From an uncultured virus (IMG/VR IMGVR_UViG_3300038317_000166) (lineage: Duplodnaviria; Heunggongvirae; Uroviricota; Caudoviricetes): DNA of 64,000 nt. Positions 8,188 through 18,174 of this stretch are shown here, one piece after another; the stretch's first letter is position 1, and each line of letters opens with the position of its first letter. A program made the translations under genes and the position numbers. The notes under the pieces were generated by a model. That model did no database searches and was not told the origin of the DNA. It was given only the letters and a program-made list of their open reading frames with translations. The stretch is from IMG/VR virus record IMGVR_UViG_3300038317_000166; one strand, 5' to 3'.

Positions 8188-10545
8188 TTACCTTTTTCGC
8201 TCGTAACAACGTTGCTTGCCGTAAATCGGAAAATTGCTTGTTCCGTTCTTGTTCCCGGTGTACTTGTTCCAATCACCGATCTTCTTCATAATGCCTGCGA
8301 TGGCATAAGAGTCTGCAGGTTTCATGGCTGCCGCCTCTTTACCGAAGCATTCGCACCAGATTTCCATATTACAAACAAGGGTACGTTCTACCGTACCAAC
8401 ATGAGATTCTCCACCAAATTCACTACCGTTTAGGAAATTTCTACGCTCGTAAGCAGACATGGTATCCCAATCCTCCGGCAAAAGCGTATCGAGATAAGTA
8501 CGAACCAACCCTTCACGCTCATCACTTTCCATGGCATCATCCTGCTCACTGGTAGCTAAATGCACATCATCACCTTCAAGGTAGAGTTTTTCGCCCTTCT
8601 CATAAAGCACAAGTGTTTCTGCCCATATCTGCTCAACATCATAAACAGACATCTGCCAGGCTTTCTTCTTACCGTTACCGCTGATACGAACAGGCCAGAA
8701 CCGTCTGTTGCCCGTAATATCTCGAAGAAATCCACTCTCTGCATTGGTAGAGCCTACAATTACACACTGACGGGGATGACTTTCCACATTGACACCGTAG
8801 CTGGCACGGTACTTGTCATCACACCTTGATATAAAGGACTTCACAACTTCCACATCGGTCTTGCGCATTCCGGCAAGCTCCCCAAGTTCCAGCATCCAAT
8901 ATCCCTGCAATTTTTCGGGACCTGCTTTATCCTTCATATCCGTTAGAGTCAAGCTATCAGAAAACCAGTCTCCTGCAAGCTTCGCAAAGAAGGTTGATTT
9001 ACCGATTCCCTGTGGACCATTAAGGATAAGTACACTATCAAACTTTGTGCCGGGATGGTAAATTCGTGCTACCGCAGCAACCATTGTCTTTCTTGTAACT
9101 GCTTTTGTATAGGAATTGTCCGTTGCTCCGAAGTAATCAACAAGTAAGGTTTCAACTCTGTCTATACCATCCCACTCCGATAAGTTGTCGAGATATTCTT
9201 TTATAGGATGATAGGCTCGCTCTGCTGCCACAGCAAGAATCGCATCTTTCGTCTTAGTTGGGGAGTAGACCCCATATTTATTAGATATATATACTTTTAG
9301 AGCGGCATTGTCCGAGTCATTCCATCCTTCTTTCATCTGGCTCCAAGGCAGACCGTTTCTTGCATCGATTCCGTCACGGTGCTTGTTAAAGGCAAGAGAC
9401 TGAAGCTCCGGGTCATTTCGGATAATAAGGACGATGTTGTCGAGGGTGTCCTTAATCTTACCTTGTTTATCAAGTTCAAGTGCCGTCTGCCAAGTGTCCT
9501 CTGTAAATTCAGCCGTTGTCTGATCCATACGCTCTTTGGCAAACTGTGCCTTAACCTCATCGTCCTTAATGGCAAATTCACACATAGCAACATAGGATGG
9601 CAGCTTGCTCGGAGCTGTTGCCTCCGATGCTCTGTCATCCAAATTGCCAAACTTATGAATACGGACAAGGTCAAAAGCATTCAGTAGTCTCCCGCTTGCT
9701 GGATCTGTCGCATGATGGGAATATACAAACTTATCATCATAGATAATAACACCGGCACTTGAGTCAGCCGGCATATAATCATATCTTCCTGTTATAGCTG
9801 AAGGCTCATATACATCTTCCAGAAATTTATCAATCACATCTCTTATTGAATAGGTACGGCAGAAAGTGCCGACCACACCTTCTTTGGAAAGTGGGTCAGC
9901 TTGTTCTTTTAATGAACGTTCTATAACTTCTGACTGCCTTGAGGACACAGGCCAAGTGCTTGTGTCATGCCAGTCATCATATTTATTAAGAAACACATCC
10001 GGGTCTAGGAGTGAGCCGTCTTTTTCTTCATATACAAACTCGCCGTTTCTTGATGTAGACGGCCAATACATCAACCTTTCCGGTTCATAGGTAGTGTCAT
10101 CAAAAAGGTCAATACCTATCTCCTTTGCGACCATACGGCTGACCGCGGCATATTCTTCCTCTCCCACATCACGCGAAAGAGGAATGATCAGCCTAAGTCT
10201 TGGGTTTTCCGGGGTATGCTTATGTGTGGAATAAATACAGCACTGATATGGGAAGAAAGTGCAGAGTTCACCCCATATACTGCTTGTGCCATAATCCATA
10301 TCAAGGGTTAGCATGGAGCGTGACAGCACGTTGCCTTTTTTTCGTCTGCCGTCTTTTAAGTGACCACCGACAAAACCACCGACATCTTTGATTGAATCCT
10401 GTCCACCCTTTTTCATCTTTCGGTATTCTTCCACGGTTTCGGTGGTACGCTGTGTGGTCTTAACACGAGAGCAAAAATCCTCCCAGCTGATATCGCTGTT
10501 TTTCCACTTTTTATCCATCCGGCTATTGCCGTATGCTATCTTCAT
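8188..10545 (-). CDS. Primase fused to VapE/VirE-type helicase
   Basis: LTLDMD, STHKH..PRLRL primase motifs; GPQGIGKST, ELGEL, GNRRFWP. Confidence 0.9.
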   Translation of the reverse strand: MKIAYGNSRMDKKWKNSDISWEDFCSRVKTTQRTTETVEEYRKMKKGGQDSIKDVGGFVGGHLKDGRRKKGNVLSRSMLTLDMDYGTSSIWGELCTFFPYQCCIYSTHKHTPENPRLRLIIPLSRDVGEEEYAAVSRMVAKEIGIDLFDDTTYEPERLMYWPSTSRNGEFVYEEKDGSLLDPDVFLNKYDDWHDTSTWPVSSRQSEVIERSLKEQADPLSKEGVVGTFCRTYSIRDVIDKFLEDVYEPSAITGRYDYMPADSSAGVIIYDDKFVYSHHATDPASGRLLNAFDLVRIHKFGNLDDRASEATAPSKLPSYVAMCEFAIKDDEVKAQFAKERMDQTTAEFTEDTWQTALELDKQGKIKDTLDNIVLIIRNDPELQSLAFNKHRDGIDARNGLPWSQMKEGWNDSDNAALKVYISNKYGVYSPTKTKDAILAVAAERAYHPIKEYLDNLSEWDGIDRVETLLVDYFGATDNSYTKAVTRKTMVAAVARIYHPGTKFDSVLILNGPQGIGKSTFFAKLAGDWFSDSLTLTDMKDKAGPEKLQGYWMLELGELAGMRKTDVEVVKSFISRCDDKYRASYGVNVESHPRQCVIVGSTNAESGFLRDITGNRRFWPVRISGNGKKKAWQMSVYDVEQIWAETLVLYEKGEKLYLEGDDVHLATSEQDDAMESDEREGLVRTYLDTLLPEDWDTMSAYERRNFLNGSEFGGESHVGTVERTLVCNMEIWCECFGKEAAAMKPADSYAIAGIMKKIGDWNKYTGNKNGTSNFPIYGKQRCYERKR

Positions 10546-10973
10546 AGAGCATCTACCTCCTTAAAATCTTTATTGAAATATCTAACCGGCTGCCTGCGTT
10601 TCTTTGCCTTTTCTATTTCAATGCTCATACCCCTTGAAATAACATCACCGAGCACCCAGACTTCCTGACATTTTCCCATAAGGATGATATCCATGAAAAT
10701 AGCGAGGTCACGTTCTTTCTCATTACTGTCATCCATGAAAGGAAATAAAAGGTGTGGGGTCAGCGGAATGCAGCCACAATTAAAAGCAAATTCTGCAAAC
10801 TGAGTAGCCTTTAATACATTTTCCTTAACAGCCCCATTGAATGGTGCGCATATATAAACCAAAGGACGGAAGGCGGGTTTTGATGCCGCCTTGTCCTCTC
10901 TTTCAATATTGGTAAGTGCTTGATATGGCACTAAGTCCATGTACCCTTCCGAGTTTTTCCTGTCGATTCCCAT
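10542..10973 (-). CDS. DUF4406-like (nucleoside deoxyribosyltransferase fold) protein
   Basis: YICAPF, PHLLFP, C.EVWV.G..S.GM..EI; paralog of 44657..45082. Confidence 0.75.
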   Translation of the reverse strand: MGIDRKNSEGYMDLVPYQALTNIEREDKAASKPAFRPLVYICAPFNGAVKENVLKATQFAEFAFNCGCIPLTPHLLFPFMDDSNEKERDLAIFMDIILMGKCQEVWVLGDVISRGMSIEIEKAKKRRQPVRYFNKDFKEVDAL

Positions 10974-10974
10974 A

Positions 10975-11754
10975 TCACACCTCCATCTCAATCTGCGGAT
11001 AGATACCGTTAGCCTTTAGCTGCTCATAGATAAAGAGCCTGCCTTTTTGCGTCCACTTTGTGTGAACCTTGGTATGTTCAAAACCATTACTGTCTTCATA
11101 AACATGGGTATTTGTTCTCGTGTAACCTTTGTCTGCGTGTTTCTGATACAAAAGCCAGGTATCACCTTGTTTAAATTGAATGCCCTTATCATGGAGATAC
11201 TCATTCATGCGAATACCGCTCCAGCCATAATCTTTGGCAATAACGGAGATGTTTACAGCATCCTTACATTTAAGAACCACATCATAATAAGTGGCTTTTG
11301 GTTTCATCTCAGCAATCTGCTGCTGTTGAACTGCAACTGCTGCCGTAAGGGTTTTATTTCTTTCACGTTCTTCTTTAAGAGCAGTAAAGGCAGCAATTGC
11401 AAGGTCGGGATTGGCAATTAAATCATCTGTTGCATAGATACCATGTTTACGAATAGCAGGGAGTACCTCATTTGTAACCCAACGCTTGAACTTTTTAGCA
11501 TTTGGCATCTTACTTGAGAGAATAAGGCTGTATAAACCAGATTCATTTATAATGATAGTTTCCTTATCCTGCGTTCCATCGAAAAACATTGCTTTCTGCC
11601 TGTCCTCTTCATCAACATGGCGGTTTATATCTCGACTACCGTTTTGGTACCCGAGGATATCCGTCACATCCTTACCGACAAAATACGGTTGCCCACCAAT
11701 AGTTGTAGTGCGTACAGAGCCAAACTCTGCATTTTTGTAAATTTGTAATTCCAT
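10975..11754 (-). CDS. BRO-N / KilAC antirepressor
   Basis: FVGKDV..ILGY, INESGLYSLI, VLPAIRKHG, C-terminal WTQKGRLFI. Confidence 0.92.
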   Translation of the reverse strand: MELQIYKNAEFGSVRTTTIGGQPYFVGKDVTDILGYQNGSRDINRHVDEEDRQKAMFFDGTQDKETIIINESGLYSLILSSKMPNAKKFKRWVTNEVLPAIRKHGIYATDDLIANPDLAIAAFTALKEERERNKTLTAAVAVQQQQIAEMKPKATYYDVVLKCKDAVNISVIAKDYGWSGIRMNEYLHDKGIQFKQGDTWLLYQKHADKGYTRTNTHVYEDSNGFEHTKVHTKWTQKGRLFIYEQLKANGIYPQIEMEV

Positions 11755-11819
11755 TAGAATTACCTCCTTAATAATTTTTTGGAGGTCTTGACCTCCTACC
11801 TGGTAGCCACAGGAGTTGG

Positions 11820-12365
11820 TCAAATCTGATGGTTTTCAAAAAATTCTTTAAGTTTTTTCTCTGCACGTTTTAACTTTTGGCTGATGTTATTTTCGTCAGC
11901 ATCGATAGAGCGAGCATATTCACGGATTGGTATGCCATCAATGCGTACTGCGATGAACATATCCGCCCAATCTTGCTTTTTACCGAGAGCCTTATGTATC
12001 AACTGGCAAACATTATCGTGTTCATAACGGAGATTTCGCTCGGTTTTGTCATGGTCGTCGACAAACAAGCCGTCTTCTGCATCCATCGGTTGACCATTTT
12101 CATCTTCAAGTGAAAGGTGCCCTCTCTTACCATCTAATCGCCTTGGTCTTGGATTAGGATCAATGTGGCGATTGAACTTATGCCAGCAGTTATACTCTGG
12201 CCTGTTAAATTGCTTATCAAATGCATCTTGTATGAGCTTTTCTTGTTCTTTTTTGCTTGAATCGTTATCCCTTTCAAGCGAAAGACTAATCCACATTTGC
12301 TCAGTTTCTTTTTCTTTTAGCTCAATTGTTTGAAATTTGTTTTCATACCTTACTGATAATCTCAT
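11820..12365 (-). CDS. Sigma-70 region 4-like regulator
   Basis: C-terminal HTH IREYA..NNISQKLKRA; first gene of the lytic module; RBS AGGAG. Confidence 0.65.
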   Translation of the reverse strand: MRLSVRYENKFQTIELKEKETEQMWISLSLERDNDSSKKEQEKLIQDAFDKQFNRPEYNCWHKFNRHIDPNPRPRRLDGKRGHLSLEDENGQPMDAEDGLFVDDHDKTERNLRYEHDNVCQLIHKALGKKQDWADMFIAVRIDGIPIREYARSIDADENNISQKLKRAEKKLKEFFENHQI

Positions 12366-12620
12366 TAGATTCTCCTGTTCCCGTCTGTAAAACGGCGGAG
12401 TACTAATGAGCCTTAAAAACAAATGACCAACAGATTTACTTCCTAAAAAATGTGTAGGAAATAAAACGGAGGATCATAAATTTTTCCAATAGCCTATCAG
12501 ACTATCTTCGATTCATTTATGTATCCGCCGTCTTCTGCTGGCCAGCTTTAGACGTATATAAATTTTTGTAAGGCTTGTTCCTTACATTTATTAATATAAT
12601 TGGTTTTCAAATTTCACGAG

Positions 12621-12723
12621 CAACTCGATGAGTTGGCTTTTGTTTGTTTATATATGGACATTTCCCGAATTTGGGCATAAAAAAAGAACCCCTTTCGGGG
12701 TTCAAAACCAACTCAACGAGTTA
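12621..12723. promoter_or_regulatory. Two palindromic operators AACTC-N3-GAGTT
   Basis: CAACTCgatGAGTTG at 12621-12635 and AACTCaacGAGTT at 12710-12722. Confidence 0.6.
12678..12703 (-). terminator. Rho-independent terminator of the R-M/IrrE operon
   Basis: GAACCCC-GAAA-GGGGTTC followed by T7 on the minus strand. Confidence 0.85.
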
Positions 12724-14319
12724 ACTAATTTTTTCTTTTTTTATTTCAGTACCTAATTGCTGAAGATCGCATTTCTCAAGAAGGGAATTAAAATCACTAA
12801 GCGAAAGTCCTGGCATTGTCTCCATTATATGAATATAAGTCCTGTCGGGGTCTTTATAATAGTTGAGCTTATTCTCTGACTTTTGAAACAATTTTTCAGT
12901 AATTCTAAGACTTAATTTCATGCCCACACAAATGGCCATTAGAACATTAGTAGTCATATTATTGTAATTATTATTTTTTATTTTACCATGATAGTTTTTG
13001 TGAAGTTCCGTCTGCTCGTTAAATTTCTCGGGGTAGTTCCACTTCCTGTTCTCCATTAAAAACCATAAGCACTCGCACAGTGATTTAGTTGGATCACCTA
13101 TCATCCTCATCAGTTCAATTTCTTCTTCTTCATTATAAGAAGTTATATGGTTTGCGAACGACTGATAAACTTCTTCAGGCTCATAATCAAAAGACGCTTG
13201 GTATTTTGGATGAAACGTAAGGAGCCTAGTATCAACTCCTTCAACCTTTTTAAGTACAGTATATCCAAGAAAGTCTTTGTATGTATTAGTATATGTTATA
13301 TATTTTTGTTCACGGATATTAATTACACATTTTGAAAGATTCTTCTTAGCCTTTTGTGTAAGACGAAGGGTCCCATCTTTTTGTGTAACATACTGACTAT
13401 CAGCAAGTACAAAATATCCTTCAGCAAACACAAAATGTCTTTCACTTATCCATCTTTGAAGGTTTGAGTCTGAAGCTGTTATTTTTATCGCTTCTACTGG
13501 AGTTAATTTAACATAGTCATTAGTGCTATTGATTTCGTCATAGACATCTTCATAGTCTGCAAACATTGAAATTGTATCTTTAAGACCAACCTCAATCAAT
13601 CTATATTTGACTGATAATCGTGACGTTATAAAAAAGGCGCTTAAATCTTCAATCAAAGTGTCGCACAGTAATACAGCATTTTCTCCAGCCTCTTTATACT
13701 GCTGAATAAACTCTTGTGCTTTCTTTTTAAAGCTGTTTTTTGGCATAAGGACTCTTGGCGCTAATCTGTGTGCCTGCCATTCCAGCCACCTTACTTCATT
13801 TTCCTTTGTATTCTTTCCTTCAGATGGTGTAAAGAAAGTCTCGGATTGACGGCACAGAATAGGGTATAGCTTTTCAGATGCGTCTTTATTTTTCAACTGA
13901 AGGATTTCAAAATACACCTTATCCTTTTCCCAATGCAGCGCTTCATGGATTAGTGTGTTTCTTTTCGAACCTTCACCATAGACAGCCTCAGAGGAGGGAT
14001 CAATCAATACAGTTCCGGCGTTAAAAGCAGTTGATGTATACTGCCTTGTTTCTTGGTTATAAACATCTATATGTCCATCAAGTAGTAAACAACAACCAAA
14101 AACATCTAAATCTCTAGATAAAGAAGTTTCTTGAACTATAAGACCCATATCCTCAAGTATCTGTTCAACCGGAAGAGGCATTGGTTCAATCAATGCCTGC
14201 TTACAGTATTTTGCTAGAAATTTAGTTGCATAATCATCGAGTCGGTTCTTACCAAGAATTAATGCACCTGATTTTCTATTAGTATCATAAATATCACTAG
14301 ATGTTATTTTGCACTTCAT
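12721..14319 (-). CDS. ImmA/IrrE metallopeptidase with a C-terminal HTH-like domain
   Basis: TLIHEALH, EWQA..LA..VLMP; XRE-like C-terminus (VLMAICVGMKL). Confidence 0.8.
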   Translation of the reverse strand: MKCKITSSDIYDTNRKSGALILGKNRLDDYATKFLAKYCKQALIEPMPLPVEQILEDMGLIVQETSLSRDLDVFGCCLLLDGHIDVYNQETRQYTSTAFNAGTVLIDPSSEAVYGEGSKRNTLIHEALHWEKDKVYFEILQLKNKDASEKLYPILCRQSETFFTPSEGKNTKENEVRWLEWQAHRLAPRVLMPKNSFKKKAQEFIQQYKEAGENAVLLCDTLIEDLSAFFITSRLSVKYRLIEVGLKDTISMFADYEDVYDEINSTNDYVKLTPVEAIKITASDSNLQRWISERHFVFAEGYFVLADSQYVTQKDGTLRLTQKAKKNLSKCVINIREQKYITYTNTYKDFLGYTVLKKVEGVDTRLLTFHPKYQASFDYEPEEVYQSFANHITSYNEEEEIELMRMIGDPTKSLCECLWFLMENRKWNYPEKFNEQTELHKNYHGKIKNNNYNNMTTNVLMAICVGMKLSLRITEKLFQKSENKLNYYKDPDRTYIHIMETMPGLSLSDFNSLLEKCDLQQLGTEIKKEKIS

Positions 14320-15043
14320 CCTCAACCTGTTCTCCTTTTTCAAAATAATCCAAAGGCATCTTTGCTAAAAGCTTTCTTGCCTCTTTCCAGGTAGGATAGA
14401 ACTCTTCAACGAGTGCATTGAATTTATGAGTATGATTCTTTTCTATCAAGTGTACTAGTTCATGGATGACTACATATTCAAGGCATTCAACCGGCTTTTT
14501 AGCAAGCTGCAAATTAATCCATATTCTTTTTTTATCAATGTTACAAGTACCCCACTTTGTCCTCATGTTTTTAATTCTGTATTCATCAGCATGAAGATTG
14601 GTCTTAGTCTCACACCTTGAGACAACACCATCCAAAACTCGTTTAAGTTCTTGCCTATACCATTCGTTAAAAGCCCTCTCTCTAGATTCTTTTGTTGATC
14701 CTGTAGGTGCATTTAAAATAATCTTATTTGGTGCCTTGGTAATTACATACTTATTCCCCTCATAAACAACCTGCAAACGATAGGGCTTTCCCCATAAATA
14801 ATGTGACTCACCAGATACATATTCACGTTCAGTTTGACGTGCTTGGGATAGCATCCTGTCTCTCACCTTGGTTATTTCTGGCATTTTCTTTAAAACAAAA
14901 AGTCTAATTTCTTCATCAGGATAATCACTCGGTGTGCTGACAGTTACCTTTCCTTGTGGTGGATTAACTCTTACGTAAAGATTTTTGAGATTTTTCTTTT
15001 TAATAATTTCTATTGGCATGCCGCCAATTATTTCGTTACTCAT
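14297..15043 (-). CDS. M48/YgjP (DUF45) family protein
   Basis: MRTKWGTC, YVVIHELVH, NH..F; typical position after hsdR. Confidence 0.9.
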   Translation of the reverse strand: MSNEIIGGMPIEIIKKKNLKNLYVRVNPPQGKVTVSTPSDYPDEEIRLFVLKKMPEITKVRDRMLSQARQTEREYVSGESHYLWGKPYRLQVVYEGNKYVITKAPNKIILNAPTGSTKESRERAFNEWYRQELKRVLDGVVSRCETKTNLHADEYRIKNMRTKWGTCNIDKKRIWINLQLAKKPVECLEYVVIHELVHLIEKNHTHKFNALVEEFYPTWKEARKLLAKMPLDYFEKGEQVEDEVQNNI

Positions 15044-18000
15044 CGTATTCTACCTGCCTCCCAGCTATATCGAAGACTGTATTGGTTTTTTCAGTTGCAT
15101 CATCTTCGGTATAACCATTAACCAATAAACTTTGATATATGGCAAGTCTTATATTTTGTTGCTTTTGGAAATTTCTCTTCCAATCAGGACGTATTGCATT
15201 ACGGATAGCCCTATCAATACTCACAGCGAGATTTTCATCTTTTTCAAAGTAATCAAAGAAAGCTCTTCTTGCTTCGCTATTTTTAACACTATCGGGATAA
15301 TCAGAGTTTTCTTCTGGATGTAAAATCGCTTGTGCCAATTCCACAACTTGACGCAAGTACTCCTCATAGCTCATAGCCTCAATCCGTCTTTGGGTTATTA
15401 TTTTTTGTAGCATTTCAGATAGCTTGCCATAGTAGACTTCATTCGAGGACATCTTTTTGACGATTTCATGTTGCAAGTTATTTTCAATAGTCTCAGCTTT
15501 AGCATTATCGTTTCCTGGCAAGTCTTTCACTAAAGCATCAACTGGAGTTGTTGTGGTGCTATTTAGTAACAACTCTACAAGCGACATACTCCCAAGTTCA
15601 CTTACAATCTTAGAATCATCAGCGCGAATATAAGTGTCAAGGATATAACGCATATCGACTTCATACGGCTTTAAGTCTATGTAATCGCAGCTTGCAAGTT
15701 TAATCATTTCTTTGATTTTGTTATATCCAGAAATATCACTTCTAATTTGGTTTACTTGTTCCTCTGAATAGCCATAATTACTTACAAGTTTATCGCAGCA
15801 ATTTGCAAAAGCTCTAGTCAGTGATGCCGTAAGAGTATACAAAATATCCCTACGTCCTATGGTTTCTTCATCCTCACTATTATCACCACAGAAATACTCA
15901 ATATAATCGGTATCATCTTTTGGCGCATTTACGTTCTCAAGTAAGTCTTTTAGTGATGCAATCGAGCCAACCATTTCAGATTTTGCCTCATCATAACGGC
16001 TTTTGATAAGTCCCTCAACATCTTCTTTATCAAAATTATCGAATGCCTCAGTTGTATAATCAGCAACAGCAAGTTGTACATTACGGAATAAGTCCATATA
16101 ATCCACTATATAACCATAGTCTTTATCCTCACCATCTGGCCTATTAACTCGACAGATCGCTTGGAACAAATCGTGATCTCTCATGGATTTATCAATATAT
16201 AAATAAGTTGCACTAGGAGCATCAAAACCTGTTAAAAGTTTGTCCACTACAATAAGAAGTTTCATTTTTGCAGGTTCTTTTTTAAACTGTTCTTTAACAT
16301 CTTTTTCAAACTCAGTCAACTTTTTACCGCGTAGCATACGCTCATAAACAGACTTTTTGTATTCTTCTTCGCCTTCTTGACTTAAGTCGCTTGTCGCAGT
16401 TCTAACACTTGCAGTAGTTGGCTCATACGAAGTAACAACTGCACATTTTGTAAAACCATTGCTCGTAAATATATCCCAATATTTACAAGCCTCGTAAATA
16501 CTATTTGCAACAAGCATCGCTGTACCGCGGTCGTTTTTTAGACGAGGTTTTAAGCTCATGTCGAAGATGATATCTCCTGCAATTTTATCTAGTCTTTGCC
16601 TGGAGCTATATAGCTTATTAATGGAAGTCCAACTTTGCTTTAGTTTTACTTTTGCTCTATCCGTTAAGCCTGTGGTTTTATTATCGAACCAAAGATCAAC
16701 CTTTTCTTTGTTAGTTAAATCCTGATCAACATCCCTAGCCTCATAGCGTAAGTCAAGAACAACACCATCTACAACACCTTCATCAAATTTATAAGTGTGA
16801 ATGTATGGTCCAAAGGTCTCAAGACTTGTCGATTTATCAGTTTTAAGTAATGGAGTTCCTGTAAAACCAATAAGAAGTGCATCAGGCATCAATACCTTTA
16901 CCGCCTCATGCAATTTTCCAGAGTTGGTGCGATGGCATTCATCAATAAAGGCAATAATATTTCCTTTTGCTTTAAAGTCAGCAGGTAAGTCTTTCAATAA
17001 TTCTTTACGGTACTGATCTACATCAGATTGATTGCCTGCATTATGTCCATACTTATGAATCAATGAGCATATAATAGCATCATCATTTTTATTTAGAATT
17101 TCCCGTAAATTAGAACAACTCTTCGCTCTAGTTACTTTCTCATTAACATCAATAAATAAGCTTTCGATTTGGTCGTCGAGCTCTTCACGGTCTGTAATGA
17201 TTACTACACGGCTATCTGTTATATTTTCAATAATCCACTTAGTAAGCCAAACCATAATCAAAGATTTACCAGAGCCTTGTGTGTTCCAAATTATGCCGCC
17301 TTCGCCATCATGAATTCTTTTTCTCGATGCAATATTTGCAAAGTATTGGTTGTGCCTTGCAACTTTTTTCACACCTGCATCAAAAATAATGAAGTCATGG
17401 ATGAATGACAAAAAGCGCTCTTTCTGGCAAAGTGAAACCACACCATCTCTTAGTATATTTTTCTCTTTAGATTGAATATCCTTAACAGTTGCAGATAGAT
17501 CATCAGTGGCTTTGGTATCTTCTTTCCATTTTAAATAATACTTCTCAGGTGTTTCGATTGTTCCATACTTAATACCCTCTGCCTCGTTACCTGCAAAAAT
17601 TAGTTGAACGGTACTAAAGAAAGGTTGAATATACTCTTTTTTTTGATTTGTAAGATTTTGACGAATACCCTCACCAATACTCACGCATGAACGCTTTAAC
17701 TCAAATACACCAAGAGCGATGCCGTTAATATACAGCACCACATCTGGTCGTTTTCTTTCAGTTTGATTAAAGCATAGTACGCTTACTTCTTCAGCAACAT
17801 AAAAATCATTATTATCTACATTCTCCCAATCGATATAATGCACAGTTTGACGATTTCTGTTTTCATCTTTTACACCTTGCCTGCCATAACGAAGTAGAGA
17901 ATATACATCTTTATTTATTTGATATAGGCTATCTACCTGGTTTTTTGCCCTTGAAACAAGCTCTGTTACTGCCTTTGATATTTGTTCTCTATTATAGCCA

Positions 18001-18161
18001 CGCTTTTCTAGATTCTTCTTTAGCAAATCCTCTTTCACAGGCGTGTTGTCTTGGTCTTCAAGGTTGCCGAGATATGTGTAGCCTAAGCCACCATCTTTCT
18101 CTTCATCTATTAACCAATGGAGGACCTTGTTTTGTAATTTTCGTTCTAAATCAACAGACAT
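15036..18161 (-). CDS. hsdR: Type I restriction endonuclease R subunit
   Basis: RPDVVLYING..ELK, QGSGKS, DECH, FTGTP, LLTGFDAP, QAICRVNR. Confidence 0.96.
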   Translation of the reverse strand: MSVDLERKLQNKVLHWLIDEEKDGGLGYTYLGNLEDQDNTPVKEDLLKKNLEKRGYNREQISKAVTELVSRAKNQVDSLYQINKDVYSLLRYGRQGVKDENRNRQTVHYIDWENVDNNDFYVAEEVSVLCFNQTERKRPDVVLYINGIALGVFELKRSCVSIGEGIRQNLTNQKKEYIQPFFSTVQLIFAGNEAEGIKYGTIETPEKYYLKWKEDTKATDDLSATVKDIQSKEKNILRDGVVSLCQKERFLSFIHDFIIFDAGVKKVARHNQYFANIASRKRIHDGEGGIIWNTQGSGKSLIMVWLTKWIIENITDSRVVIITDREELDDQIESLFIDVNEKVTRAKSCSNLREILNKNDDAIICSLIHKYGHNAGNQSDVDQYRKELLKDLPADFKAKGNIIAFIDECHRTNSGKLHEAVKVLMPDALLIGFTGTPLLKTDKSTSLETFGPYIHTYKFDEGVVDGVVLDLRYEARDVDQDLTNKEKVDLWFDNKTTGLTDRAKVKLKQSWTSINKLYSSRQRLDKIAGDIIFDMSLKPRLKNDRGTAMLVANSIYEACKYWDIFTSNGFTKCAVVTSYEPTTASVRTATSDLSQEGEEEYKKSVYERMLRGKKLTEFEKDVKEQFKKEPAKMKLLIVVDKLLTGFDAPSATYLYIDKSMRDHDLFQAICRVNRPDGEDKDYGYIVDYMDLFRNVQLAVADYTTEAFDNFDKEDVEGLIKSRYDEAKSEMVGSIASLKDLLENVNAPKDDTDYIEYFCGDNSEDEETIGRRDILYTLTASLTRAFANCCDKLVSNYGYSEEQVNQIRSDISGYNKIKEMIKLASCDYIDLKPYEVDMRYILDTYIRADDSKIVSELGSMSLVELLLNSTTTTPVDALVKDLPGNDNAKAETIENNLQHEIVKKMSSNEVYYGKLSEMLQKIITQRRIEAMSYEEYLRQVVELAQAILHPEENSDYPDSVKNSEARRAFFDYFEKDENLAVSIDRAIRNAIRPDWKRNFQKQQNIRLAIYQSLLVNGYTEDDATEKTNTVFDIAGRQVEYDE

Positions 18162-18174
18162 ATACCTAACCTCC

